DNA of 64,000 nt from Octopus vulgaris (Eukaryota). Of the stretch, positions 13,722 through 26,534 are shown one piece after another. The notes beneath the pieces are model-generated. The model saw only the letters and a list, made by a program, of their open reading frames with translations. It was not told the DNA's origin and made no database searches. The position numbers and the translations under genes are program-made. Location of the stretch: contig OX597815.1 of the NCBI GenBank assembly GCA_951406725.2, positions 124,000,001-124,064,000 of the forward strand, written 5' to 3'. How positions within the stretch are numbered: the stretch's first letter is position 1; each line of letters begins with the position of its first letter.

Positions 13722-14655
13722 TATAGATATACACACACAAATACATGTCTGTGAGCGCATGTGTATTTGTGTGTGTATCTGCGTGGATATGAATGGTTAT
13801 GTATGAATTTGCCTATGTGTATGTGTGTGTGTGTGTGTGTGCGGCCGGCCGAGCGTGTATGTGCGCGTGCAGTCTGTTGCAACAAAATGTCGATCATTTA
13901 TTCATTCCCTACAATATCATTTCATCATTTCTTTAGCAAAACAGGATGTTTTATAAACTTCGCAATTCGTGTGATGTATTTTGTTTGTCAGTATTTAATG
14001 TTGCATTCGTTACATATAAATAGTAGTTAAGTGCTAATTATGGCTTTAACAGTCACGTCACTTCAGTAATTACGTTATTCTGCAATTACTAGATAATTTT
14101 ACTGATGCAAATTGATATGGATTTAAGGGAATGACTTCCGATTAATCTTTTAAAGTAAATCTTAAGAGTGTATATTCTACCCTTTTCTTCGCCTTACTGA
14201 CCCAACATGTTCGCCATTTTTTTATAAGTTACTTCACATAAAGGAATGAAATTCTTTTTCTACGGCAGATTTTTTTCAATATAACGGAACATTACTTTTA
14301 TCGCCGTTGGTTTTAAAGATAACAGCTTAAATTTTGCCTAATTTAAATCTCTGATACTGTTGCGACGCATACGTATTTATGAAATGATCTTTGAAAGTTA
14401 AATATAGAATGACATTGAAACATGTAATTAACAGATCGATACTTAAACCTTTCAGCATGCTATATTGTATGCTATTCCAATATAACTGTACTTGTGAATC
14501 AATTGGAACTTGATTTTATAAACATTTGAAAATTTAAATAATCTACCAATAGCAAGTTGTTCATGAACACACTATCGGCAAAGTGGAATAAATTATGTAG
14601 CCAAAATGATTTAGGATATATTTTTGTATAGCTATAGGCATAAAAGTGCCAGATA

Positions 14656-14889
14656 TTTATTTCTTTATTGCCCACAGGGGGCTAAACATAGAGGAGACAA
14701 ACAAGGACAGACAAAGGTATTAAGCCGATTACATCGACCCAAGTGCACAACTGGTACTTAATTTATCGACCCCGAAAGGATGAAAGGCAAAGTCGACCTC
14801 GGCGGAATTTAAACTCACAACGTAACGACAGACGAAATACCGCTAAGCATTTCGCTCGGCTTGCTAACGATTCTGCCAGCTTGCCGCCC
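14656..14889 (-). mobile_element. SINE family B (tRNA head plus Deu/Nin-like domain), near full length
   Basis: Minus strand GGCGGCAAGCTGGCAGAATCGTTAGC...GCCTTTCATCCTTTCGGGGTCGATAAATTAAGTACCAG...GCAATAAAGAAATAAA. Diverged TSD TAAAAGTGCCAGATATT / TAAAGGTACCATATATT. Confidence 0.88.
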
Positions 14890-15400
14890 TAAAGGTACCA
14901 TATATTGTGTATGTGACAATCTTTATAAAAATTGTGAATTTATCGTGAAGCTTTCATGTGAAATCTCCATATCGATACAGCTAAAACAGATCAAAGTAAA
15001 GAAAAAAAATACGAGGCAGTCCGCTTACCAGTACATAAATACATCTATGGAGAAAGCTGGACAAGAATTGAACTAGATAAAGTATTTCATCGGTCGTTCT
15101 ACCATGTGCATTAAATCCATCTTCATCAAATTATCTGGTATTGTTTTCTTTTCCCAACTTGTCATTAAAAGTAATATGATACATAATCTATCTCAATATA
15201 TTCTTGATCCATATCATATCGATAATGGAGTCAATGAAAGATAAAATCGACATTGGTGAGATTTCATCTCAAAGAATTAAGGAAAACCCAGAAACTGTGT
15301 AACATGTTTATTGTAATTTTGTTCAGTTTCGGCGACCTCTAATGCCTCATCACCTAGATAAATATCATGAATCACTACCTCCCACACACAGACGTACGCG

Positions 15401-15432
<32 letters not shown>

Positions 15433-15618
15433 TGTATGTATGTATGTATGTATGTATGTATGTATGTATGTATGGATGTATGGATGGATGTATATATGGA
15501 TAGATGAATGGAGGGAGGAAGAGAGGGATGCATGCATGTATGTATGTATGTATGTATGTATGTATGTATGTATGTATGTATGTATGTATGTATGTATGTA
15601 TGTATGTATGTATGTATG
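15401..15618. repeat. (TATG)n tetranucleotide arrays
   Basis: Directly visible. Confidence 0.95.
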
Positions 15619-16411
15619 TTCACACCTATGCATATCAGTATGTGTTTAAGTATGTTTATGTATGTCTGATTGCGTGTGGGTTTATCTTTGTTCTGTGTAG
15701 GTGTATAGTTGAATGTGTAAGCATTTCCCACTTAAGTTACATTTTCTTTTCTGCATAAGTACGGTTTATAAATAAAGGAAAAACAAAGAGGAAACCAAGA
15801 TAGATCCAAAAATAGAAAAAAATAGCTGCAAAGAGCAAAAAAGAATGTGAGAAGAAAAATGGAACTCTGATTTGGTGAGCGATAGGAAAGATAATGTAGA
15901 TGGGGATAACAGATTAAAACAAAAACAAAAAACGTTTCACTTTAAAATGGGCTTCTGTTTACGATGGTTATATTAAGGAAATTCTTCGAATATAAACATG
16001 GCCCACAATATAGTAAATGGATGTTGTTCAACAATGATCATGAGAACATTGTTTTGTAAGGTACGTCTCAAGGCGCGTTAACATTGTATGGAATAGTGGC
16101 TATTGTGGTGGCGAGATGACTATATTCATGTGGTCACAATGTGAAGAATCGTATCTCTATAAGGTTATGTGTTTGTATAGATAAGCGAGTGCATGTAGTG
16201 TTCATGTTAAAGGCGGTAGCTGAGATTGCGAGTATGATGATTTAGTAGCTTACATAGAGACAGCAACCGTATATGTGAGGTGTATGTATAGTGAATTGTG
16301 TATCTGTGGATTGCATTGGGAAGTGTGTGACATTTGTGTCATAGACTTTTCAAAGTTATAATGACTATATGGAAGCTGTATGACTCTATAAGGAAAGTTT
16401 AATGTATTTAA

Positions 16412-16602
16412 CCCTTTAGCATTCAATCTACTCCGTCAAATGTAATGCTTATTTATTCACATTGTTTTGAATTGATTATGTATTATCTAGTAGCGTCAAG
16501 ATTTCTATGATGTGATTATTTAAATTTTAGAATGACATTGTAAAGTAGGTGTGAAAGGCCAGAATATTTTGGCCGGATAAGATCGGTTTAAATGCTAAAA
16601 GG
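16412..16602. mobile_element. piggyBac-like MITE
   Basis: TTAA|CCCTTTAGCATT ... AATGCTAAAAGG|TTAC: short TIRs with CCC/GG ends and a TTAA-like TSD; no ORF. Confidence 0.65.
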
Positions 16603-16784
16603 TTACTGTATATCCTTCAGAAATACAAAGTACTGATTTCATAACGACTTTCAAGTCATATATAAAATCAATTTGCAGAAATGTATAATGAACAATTAAA
16701 TATTCAGATACACATTTTCATAGATTATTAGTTGGCGAGTTTGTATGTATGTATGTATGTATGTATGTATGTATGTATGTATGC

Positions 16785-16817
<33 letters not shown>

Positions 16818-16858
16818 TGTATGTATGTATGTATGTCAGGTCACTTTCGAGTGCTACT

Positions 16859-16916
16859 GGTAACATGTAACCCGGTACGACCTGCTGCATTGTCGGGCCG
16901 TCGGCGACTAAACCGG
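16859..16916 (+). ncRNA. Candidate HDV-like ribozyme at RTE 5' end
   Basis: P1 GGTAAC/ATTGTC (imperfect), P2 CCGGT/ACCGG, L3 ACCTGC, P1.1 CC/GG, P4 GCC-GTC-GGC, J4/2 GACTAA (catalytic-C equivalent 16908). P3 imperfect. Confidence 0.55.
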
Positions 16917-17599
16917 CAACCCCACCAAGCTTGCTTCGTGAGGAGGGTGTTTATTAGACACTTTGTGGGATGAAAAACAAAACCCGTCAAATGGCGGAGG
17001 AACTCTTGAGAGTAAACGGCCATCCAGTATGTGTGTAATTATGTATTTACTGTACATCCCCCTTTTCCGCGCTAATTTTATATATTGTATACTTTTTATA
17101 GTTTGTTCATTATATATATTTTATGTATTCCATATTGTACATTTTATGCATATATTGTATATCAATATTTTTTATATATCGTACTTGTTTTTATATCTAT
17201 TTTATCCAGCTTATGGCTGTATCTTGCGCGGGGACATAGAAATAATCGGACTGAATACTCGATCGCGTGGTTAAACCATTGTTAGGGCATCCTTCTAGGA
17301 GAAGGCAACTCAGGTAGCTGGGATAACTCCGACATAAAACCTGACTGCGGCTCAGTGGTTACCGATGATGTTGACTTGTTCTTCTTTTCGGGTTATGGCT
17401 GCTGATGCTTAGTGACTGGGATTTCCTCACTTAAAAAAAAATCTTCTTGCACAGGCACTGTACGATAACAACACTGATTGATTGATTGATTGATTGATTA
17501 ATTAATTAACTAACAAATGATTGTTGATAGCGCTGTGAGTCTCAACTGTAGCCTTAAAAAACAAACAATCAATGATGTACCAAAACAGTATAAAAATAA

Positions 17600-20500
17600 A
17601 TGGCAGCAAGGACTCTGAAACCATATCAGTCGAAAGAGTCTGGTCCGGCAGGGGTCTTCAGAGCATCACAGTCTGAACCCGGCCATCATCGTGCTACTGT
17701 GATTGAATCAAATAGAATATTGAATATTGGCTGTTGGAATGTACGGACACTGCTTGACCGCGAGTCCTCAGAATGTTCTGAACGAAGGACAGCTCTTTTT
17801 GCGAAGGAGCTTCGACGCTATGATCTTGACATCATTGCTTTATCTGAGACGAGATTAGCTGGAAATGGTCATCTTACAGAATCTTGTGGAAAATATACAT
17901 TGTTTTGGAAAGGGAGAGATGAAGAGTTTACAGGAGAGTCTGGAGTGGCATTTGCTGTTAAGACAACTATTGTGGACAAGCTGGAAGAATTCCCAGTCGG
18001 GATTAACGAGCGTCTTATGTCCATGAGAATTACTTTGGTTAAAGGAAAATATGTGACCTTGGTGAGTGTGCATGCTCCAACTCTGTATTCTACTGATGAC
18101 GAAAAAGTTTCTTTCTACAATGCTTTGAAGGGCATTATAAGAAATATCCCTCGGGCAGATAAGTCATCGTACAAGGTGACTTTAATGCTAGAGTGGGTAG
18201 AGATTTTAACAGATGGACTGTAATTGGAAAGCATGGGATGGGAAAGTGTAATAGTAATAGTATGCTTCTGCTACGGATGTGCGAGGAGCTGCGTCTGTGT
18301 GTTATCAATACCATGTTTCAACAAAAGAATAAGTTTAAGATCATATGGATGCATCCTGCATCTAAAGAATGGCAAATTCTGGATTACATCCTTGTTAGGG
18401 TGCGTGACAAACGAGATGTGCAGTGTGTTCGTGTCCTTCGTGGGGCTGAGTGTTGGACTGACCACCGCCTGGTACTTGCAAAAGTGAAATCAATCACATA
18501 ACATAAAATCCGAGCTGCAGGTATTACCCTGCCTAAAAGACTGAATGTTGCTCGTCTTAGGTGTAATAGTGAGAAGAGAACTTTACGAGAGGAAATGAAT
18601 GTTGCAGATATTGGGGAGGATTGGCCGACCCCTAAAATGTCAGTTTATAATATAGGCAGGAAAGTTCTGGGATTGATACAAAGAGAGCATCAAGATTATT
18701 TTAAACAAATGATGAACATGTAGGTGATTTATTGGTTGATAAAAGACTTACTTTGTCACGATATTTATCAGCAAAGCCACAGGAGAGAGATGTGTTGCAT
18801 AGGAAACTCAAGAATGTGAAATAACGTGTGAGGCGGAGGCTCTCTCAGATGAGGGATACGTGGTGGAGTAAGAAGGCTGATGAGATACAAGTGGCGTCGG
18901 ATTCCAATAACACAAAGCTGTTGTATGGTCTCTTGCGAGAAGTTTATTGACCGACTTCTCTGATGACACCACTTCGAAGCAGGGATAGTAAAGAATTTCT
19001 TCGTGATTCACAAGGAATTCTGCGAGGGTGGCAAGAACACTTTGATAAACTTTTGGATCAGCAGTCTGTAGTTAGTGAGGATGTTCTCAATCTCATGTTC
19101 TCAATCTCATGTTCTCAATCTCCACGGCTGTTGGGGAACCACCAATGTTGGAAGAAGTTGCGGTGGCTGTCTCAAGGATGAATAATGAGATGTCTCCGGG
19201 TATGGATGGAATACATGCGGAGTTGTTACAGCATGGTGGTGAGAAACTTCTACAGCAACTTCACTCCTTGTTTGGCAGGATATGGGCTAGTGAATCTGTA
19301 CCTGAGGACTGGAGAGATACAGTAATCGTGGTCTTATACAAGGAGAAGAGCAACAGGAATGATTGTGGTAAGTATAGGGGAATATCATTGCTTTCTGTAG
19401 TAGGAAAGGTTTTATGCAGGGTACTTCTAGATCGTCTGCTGAAACACATTGCAGATCGTGTTCTTCCAGAAAGTCAATCTGGCTTTCGTGAGCGACGCGG
19501 CACTGCTGATGTGTTGTGATCTTCTTAGACATCTTCAGGAGAAGTATATGTAACAGGGTCTGGATTTATATCATGTTTTTGTCGATCTGACAAATGCCTT
19601 TGATACCGTTAATAGAAATGCACTGTGAAAAGTCTTCTAGAAACTTGGTTGTCCTGAAAAGTTCCTTGCTTTGGTTAGGTCTTTTCATGAAGACATGAAG
19701 GGTAGGGTTAATGTTAGAGGCAAAATGTCGGAGCCTATCTCAATACAAAATGGAGTGAAACAGGGGAATATTCTGGCATCGACCCTATTTGCTATATATT
19801 TTGCGATGGTTTTCTGTGTTGCGTTCAGAAATTGCAGATATGGTGTTTACATCCATTATCGAACCTTTGGCAGCATATTTAATATCAGGCGCTTTGCTGT
19901 AAAAACAAAGGTACTTACCTCTATCATAAGAGACCTTTTGTATGCAGATGATTGTGAACTAGTAGCACACAGAGATTATGCACACAGAGATATGCAACAC
20001 ATTTTGAATGCATTCTCTGATGCTTTCACAGTCTCAAGAAAAATGTTGTCATGTACCAACCTCCCCTGGTAAGCAGTATAGTGAATCAAATATCTATGTG
20101 TGTGGTAAACGACTTGGTGTAGTCGATCAGTTTGTCTACCTGAGAAGCACTGTTGATACATATAGCAATTTGGATTATGAAATTCCATACAGAATTAGGA
20201 AAGCAAGTGATATGCAAGAAGACAAAGATAAAGGTGTACAAGGCGCGTGTGCTCTCTTCGATTCTTTATGCCTGCGAGACCTGAGTCACATATCGATACC
20301 ACCTTAAAAAACTGGAACGTTTCCATCTGATGTGTCTCCGACAGATCTATGTCATTAAGTGGGAGGACCGCATCAGTAAACTTAAAATATTGGAAAGCTC
20401 TCGGTGTGAAAGTATAGAAGCTCTTGTGTTGAGGCAAAGGCTCAGATGGAGTGGTCATCTGATCAGGATAAAAGATTCTAGGATGCGAAAACAACTCTTT

Positions 20501-21040
20501 TATGGAGAGCTAGCTAAAGGAGAACGACCTCCATATAAACCAAAAAAGAGGTATAAAGACTTGCTGAAGGTTTCCTTGAGAGATGCTAGCATGGGAGAGC
20601 ATAGCTATTGACCGTAGCAGGTGGAGAAGGATTGTGCATGAAGGGACAGCTACTTTGGAGAAATCTCGTGTTGCGCATGAGAAAGTAAGGAGGGATGTCA
20701 GGAGGATCATCGCTGTTGCACTTCCAGGTGGTAAGGTTCTTCCTATGACGCTGACATGCCTCATTAAAGCTGGATTCATCTTCGTAGTCATAAAGCGAGA
20801 CCGATCATTGACTACCAGGCCGCTGGTGGTGGTGCTACACATCATACTAATCATATCTGTCAGACATGTGGAAGGTAGTGTGATTCGATGGGAGTACTTA
20901 AACGACATGCAAAGGTACATGAAGCCCAATTACTACTACAACCAGCTATTGCCAGTAAAAGTTTTAGCTGCCAATTCTGTACAAGATATTGTAGATCTTT
21001 AGCTGGACTAAAAAATCACATTCGATCGCAGTACCGTTAA
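17600..21040 (+). pseudogene. RTE ORF: AP endonuclease, reverse transcriptase and C-terminal C2H2 fingers (frameshifted)
   Basis: APE motifs CWNVRTL, ALSETR, (G)DFNAR, LDYILV, TDHRLV. RT motifs SPGMDG, YRGISLLS, QSGFR, FVDLTNAFD, GVKQG, LLYADD. RQRLRWSGHLIR. Many stops and frameshifts. Confidence 0.93.
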
Positions 21041-21111
21041 CAGTTAAATCTCGTTAATGGCCATACTCGATAATGAGGGGTAGCCATCATGTATGTGTGT
21101 ATGTATGTATG

Positions 21112-21145
<34 letters not shown>

Positions 21146-21429
21146 TGTATGTATGTATGTATGTATGTATGTATGCATGCATGTATGTATGTATGTATGT
21201 ATGTATGTATGTATGTATGTATGTATGTATGTAGGTAGGTAGGTAGTAGGTATATATGTAAGTAGGTAAATAGGTAGGTATTTATGTATATCTGCATGTA
21301 TGTATGTATGTTTGTATGTTGGTAGGTAGACAGGTAGACAGGTAGGGAGGTAGGTAGGTATGTAGGTAGATACATACATACATGAATAAATATTTAATAA
21401 CATTTTTAGTCATTAAAAAAATGGAACTG

Positions 21430-22480
21430 CATTGGCTAGATGAAGATTAAAGGTTAAATCACACACTGGATATACCCCAAAATAAAGAACTAGTCAGAGA
21501 AAGTAATCACTATCTGTAGAATTAAGGCTTTGAAAAAAGAAAAGTGTAAGATATTCTTGTTGTATGGATGAACGACAAAATGCAACGTAACATGCTATTA
21601 AGCCATCATGTAATAATGGAAAAAACCAGGAATATTTTCAGACACAAGGAGAAGGAGTTAACTGTAGAAGTATACGCAGAGATTTATTTATTAGTTTCAA
21701 ACGACGGCATTACCTACACAGCATGCATATGTCTGGTGAAGCTGTTAGTGTAGAAGCATCTAAAGTGACGGAGGTAATGTTTCAGGAGATACTTCGAGCT
21801 GTTGCGAACGTTTGTTTATTATTCAGAAACGTCGCAATCAATATCAATTATGCCTCTCCCTGTGATTTGAAAATAAAAAATGAACTGAGTGACATTGGAA
21901 GTTTTCATACAATCGTTTATTTTACACATTTGTCCGACCCAAAAGGATTTGATGAAGACATAATCTTTAATCTAAGACATTGCTAGTGACTGATAATTTT
22001 TTAGACCATCCCTTGTATCTCAACACCCTTCAAACCTGTATTTTTGTGGAAATACTATGCCTAACACTCCAAAAATCTTTCTTGATTCAATCTGTGGATC
22101 AGATTACAATTTCTAATATCAGGGTCGACTACATTAGTCGTATATTCAAATAGCTTGTTGAAGAAGCAAATGACCAAGATAAAAAGAGAACCAGATGGCT
22201 ATTGTTAACAATCTATCAAGTTTGTTTCACAAAACTACTATGTCATGAAAGCCATAGATAAGCTCAAAGGATCTTAATTAATTAAAACATGTTCAATTTT
22301 ACCAAAAATTTAGATCGCATTGAGTGACATTATCTGAAGTTATTAAGTGTTTGAATGGTGTGACAACGAATCTCAGAGCTTTCCATTTGTTCAGTGACAT
22401 TTACGATCTTTATCTGAATTTGCGCCACTGCTATAACTAGCCTATCAAGTTGATATCTCTACACTGTTATAATGACTTCG
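21430..22480 (+). pseudogene. pogo/Tigger-like transposase relic
   Basis: ILVVWMNDKMQRNMLLSHHVIMEKTRNIF and FKRRHYLHSMHMSGEAVSV (CENP-B-type HTH), and near 22050-22160 PNT...LIQSVDQITISNIRVDY (DDE_1-like LIQP.DQ). Boundaries approximate. Confidence 0.65.
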
Positions 22481-22548
22481 TTTAGCAGTGTATTTTAAGG
22501 AACGTATCTATACTATTAACCGAGGTGTTACTGAATGTAAATACATCG

Positions 22549-22549
22549 A

Positions 22550-22640
<91 letters not shown>
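22549..22640. repeat. (CTAT)n microsatellite
   Basis: Directly visible. Confidence 0.95.
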
Positions 22641-22737
22641 TTATCTACCTTTCTATATACACACATAGAAGTAGAACGTTGGAATGTGTGCTCAACATCG
22701 CATTGGTGGATAACTAATTTCTTTATTTGTGATTTAA

Positions 22738-22796
22738 GGCTACCATTGGTTTCATGTTAAGAAGAGTGGGAAAGTTTCTGAACAGTTTTTCAAGCC
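22738..22796 (-). ncRNA. Variant hammerhead (UUGAAAA core) in PLE 3' terminal repeat
   Basis: Minus strand: ggc TTGAAAA ACTGTT...AACAT GAAA CCAATGG TA gcc. Stem I GGC/GCC, stem III ACCA-A-TGGT, GUA triplet. Confidence 0.65.
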
Positions 22797-24698
22797 GTGC
22801 ACATGGAGAACAATCTCGTTTCGTTCACGGGATTTCTCGTAAATTCACCTAAGTGAAACAATGAAACAATGAACGCTAATCTATAAGGCATTTTTGGGAA
22901 TTTGTCTCCCTTCGATTTGTCTTTTCGGTAAATTTCTTAATTTTTTTCATTCTTCGTATGATCTTGTTCTGGGCATGGTGTTTTGTACTTGTATGATGGA
23001 GCTTGTTTCTTCTTTGTGTGGAGTTTGTGACATTTCTTCTTTGTTGTGTGAAGTTTGTGTGCTATATGTGCTCATGTATATGGAGGGGCTATCCTGGTAG
23101 GGCTGCCTTTGTTTGTACTTACCCTCGTTCATAGGGGTCTTCTTTAAAGTATCTGAGTGTAAAATATTGCTTATGTATGCAGAGAGAGAAGGTTTCATCC
23201 TTCATATTTAAGATGTCTGTTGATTGAATAATATTTAAATTTTCAGTAATGCAGAGTTCATATATGGTGCCCCGTCATCTCTATTTTTTGGCTTAAGCAA
23301 TAGTTTTCCACTCTATCTGGGGGTTGATTATCCTATCTTCTTTCAATATCCATATTATATTTGAAGGGGATGTCTCATGTTATTTCTGTTTTTCTCTCTG
23401 AATGACGCAAGGTGTTGCGTATACCTTTCCTTGAACGAGTTTCCCATCATTCCGATATATGTCTTTGGTATTCCGTTGGGGTCCATGACCTTGGCCTTGT
23501 ATACGAGTTCTTTCTCGAGACAGTTATTGTTTAGAGGGCATCTATTTGAGGATCTGAAGTTGCACTGGTTTTCTGGGGGTGTTTCTGGTGTGTTTATGTT
23601 TATTGTGATTAAATATTATTGATCCTAGGAGGCAAATATAGCTAACTTTAACAGTGTTTCTGTTGAAGATTTTGTGGTATTTGTGCGAATATGGGAAGTG
23701 GTTGTCTTTTAGTTTTAAGAATTTCCTAGCTACATTCATGCTATAAGGCGTTTTGAACCATAAGATTTTTCTCTGTCTGCGTCTTCTTGGCCTTCTTGAA
23801 GTTGGACCTTTCTAATGCAGCATTATAATATGGAGCGGCTTTTTCAAAAGTGTCTTTGTCAACGAATAAATTGGAAACCCGCCTGCTAATGTTGTTCGTG
23901 GGTGGTTGGAACCTATATCTATGTACGAGGCTTCCTCGTTTTCCTTGCGGTAGGGTTTAAATTTCACCGTGTTAAGATTCATGTTGATGTCTAGGAAGTT
24001 GTAATTGTAGTTCATAGGCTTAGTTGGCTAAATATTTTGCATAATTTTTTCCTTATCCTCTTCTTGTCATGTCCGTTTTTATTGTGTAGTATCCCAGACC
24101 ATCGCCCCTTCCCTTTTTAAGGACATCTAGTATATAAATTAATAATTCCTATTTCCCCTTTTGTGGAACTTATTAATCTACTGCTAGGATTTTGTGTAAA
24201 ATTGTTTTTATGGTCTTTCAGAATTATAAAAGGATTTCGTGGGATAAGCTTTTCTACGTTGCCTTCTATTTTAAACTTCGTGGCTAGATTTTTTGCTTCT
24301 ATATTAATTGAATTATATAGACAGTGCAACTTCAGATCCCCAAATAGTTGCCCTCTAAACAGCAACTGTCACGAGAAAGAACTCGTATACAAGGCCAAGG
24401 TTACGGATCCCAACGGAATACCCAAGACGTATATCGGAATGACGGGATACTCGTTCAAGGAAAGGTAATACAAGTACAAAACACCATGCCCAGAACAAGA
24501 TCATACAAAGTATGAAAAAAATTAAGAAATTTACCGAAAAGACAAATCGAAGGGAGTCAAACTCCAAAAAATGCTTTATAGAGTAGCGTCCCTCGATTCA
24601 CTGTTTCATTGTTTCACTTCCGCGAATTCACGAGAAATCCCGTGAACGAAAGGAGATTGTTTTCCAGAATGGAGGCGAACACCTTTCTCAATATGATC

Positions 24699-24765
24699 AG
24701 CTTGAAAAATTGTTGAAATTCTTGGATATTTTTCCACTCTTCTTAACATGAAACCAATAATAGCC
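24699..24765 (+). ncRNA. Variant hammerhead (UUGAAAA core), decayed inverted copy
   Basis: agc TTGAAAA ATTGTTGA...TTAACAT GAAA CCAATAA TA gcc; stem III damaged relative to the 22738 copy. Confidence 0.5.
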
Positions 24766-24827
24766 TTAATTCACATTTGTGTGTGTGTGTGTGCGAGTGT
24801 ATGTATGTATATATATATATACACACA

Positions 24828-24890
<63 letters not shown>

Positions 24891-25196
24891 TCATATATAT
24901 ATACAAATATATATATATATGTGCGTGTGTGTGTATATGTATATATATGTATATATATATAAACATATATATATATATACCTGTCCTGTACTTAACTGTC
25001 GGGTGTTTACGTATTTTTCACTCGTTGGTGATGTCCTATACTTATACTTAATGTGTATTTTTTATTTATTTATAATCGAACGCCTCGCAGCCTTGTCCGC
25101 AGTAAGTACTTACCTACACACACATATGTATGTTATTATATATATGGGAAAAGAGTCAATGTAGAAAATCCTAAAATAATTTTATAAAAAACATTT

Positions 25197-25232
25197 CAGT
25201 ACCGGTTTCAGTCATTGAGACTTTTTCAACTG
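25197..25232 (-). ncRNA. 36-nt minimal variant hammerhead (U3-A8)
   Basis: Minus strand: cag TTGAAAA AGTC tcaat GACT GAAA CCGG T A ctg. Stems I and II pair perfectly; palindromic stem III ACCGGT; GUA triplet. Confidence 0.7.
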
Positions 25233-25284
25233 TAAGTATGGAAAACAATTAAATTTTAGAAAAATTAATTGTTTTCCATACTTA

Positions 25285-25320
25285 CAGTTGAAAATGTCTC
25301 GATGACTGAAACCGGTACGG
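25285..25320 (+). ncRNA. Second minimal variant hammerhead, 3 substitutions
   Basis: cag TTGAAAA TGTC tcgat GACT GAAA CCGG T A cgg; stem I and stem II each carry one mismatch. Confidence 0.55.
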
Positions 25321-25381
25321 AAATGTGTTTACGGAAATGTGTTTTTTTCATATATATCAACTCGTGTGTTCCTTTTCAACC

Positions 25382-25473
<92 letters not shown>

Positions 25474-26471
25474 CATATATATGTATATATATGAGCATGT
25501 CTTTTACTTCACATGCACTATTAATTTGTGACTAGAGATAATAAATGAAACTCGACAGTTGCAGATCATGAGTTTGGAAGAGATCTTATTTAATTTGATA
25601 CAGATGTATCTATCAGATCTATTGTATTACTCGTTCCAGATTATAGCAAGCAGCAACTGCTTGCTAATAACAAACTGAGCGTTTAACTCATGGCATCGAC
25701 GCTTGGAACATACCGTTAACGGTTTCTGTATACCAGAGGAACACATTTCCATCAGCCATTATTACTTCAATAACATTGGTAGTTTTTATATTTCCTAAAG
25801 TTCATATTAGACAGACCAAAGCAATTGTAAAACGACAACATTGTAACTTATAAATGTGCTAAAATATTTAGATGCATATATTAGAAACGCTCATACACGA
25901 GCATGCATTCAATGCAATCAATTACATGTAAAAACACAAGATAAAATGCAAAATAGAATTCACATAAACATAAGTATATGCAATGGACCAAGTGTACTAC
26001 ATTAAAAAGTGGTTCTACAGCATTAGCTGAACATCCAAATACATGCAAAAGTAGGAAAAATTAGATATAAATATCAAGCTCTTCTACAAGTGTGTAAGGA
26101 GATTTTATCAACGCGCAGGATTCTCGAATAAAGAATCCAGCGTGCAAAGGAAACAAATCAGAACATCGATTCCACAGACTCTCACCAGGGAATCTTTGAA
26201 CTGAGTGACAAAACAACCAATATCTTTGGTGAAATACTGGAAAGCAAGAAGTTCCTAGAAGAGCCAACACTAAAGCGTGGTTTCAATCACTTGTTATAAA
26301 CGGCTCATACCCCTTTTTTGTAGGGTGGATATTTTTGGTGACCAGCATAGAACAAACGATAAACTGCAACAAACCAATTCTGGGATATAATTTCAAATCC
26401 TTCTGCTAATGACATTGGGGAAATAAATAAATGTCGTAATGTCTCATATTCTTTCCCAACATACATGTGAC

Positions 26472-26534
<63 letters not shown>

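Larger units (their letters stand above)
16837..21090 (+). mobile_element. RTE-clade LINE, near full length, inactivated, flanked by (TATG)n
   Basis: Long putative 5' UTR (contains TCTAGGAGAAGGCAACTC), single APE-RT ORF remnant, 3' hairpin CTCG..TGAG and CCATCAT end. Linking 16837-17520 to the same element is inferred. Confidence 0.85.
22660..24778 (-). mobile_element. Penelope-like element (RT plus GIY-YIG, internally deleted) with an inverted copy of its 3' end
   Basis: Minus strand: FIILKDHKNNF..PSSRLI; NFLDINMNL..FKPYRKEN..SNHP; KIFNRNTVKVSY; Cys-rich linker. Plus-strand 24322-24775 (CNFRSPNSCPLNSNC..LVYKAKV..KTYIGMTGYSFKER) is the inverted copy of 23423-23567 joined to 22728-22993. Confidence 0.9.
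25191..25326. repeat. 62-bp inverted repeat hairpin (3 mismatches, 12-nt loop)
   Basis: 25191-25252 is the reverse complement of 25265-25326. Confidence 0.95.

Noticed and set aside
20510-21002. Two 139-aa ORFs at the RTE 3' end
   Set aside because: One is antisense and the other is largely an off-frame read of the RTE C-terminus; the meaningful frame holds the zinc fingers.
26060-26475. Non-repetitive stretch that looks coding-like
   Set aside because: Stops in the frames I translated and no recognisable motif; left unannotated.
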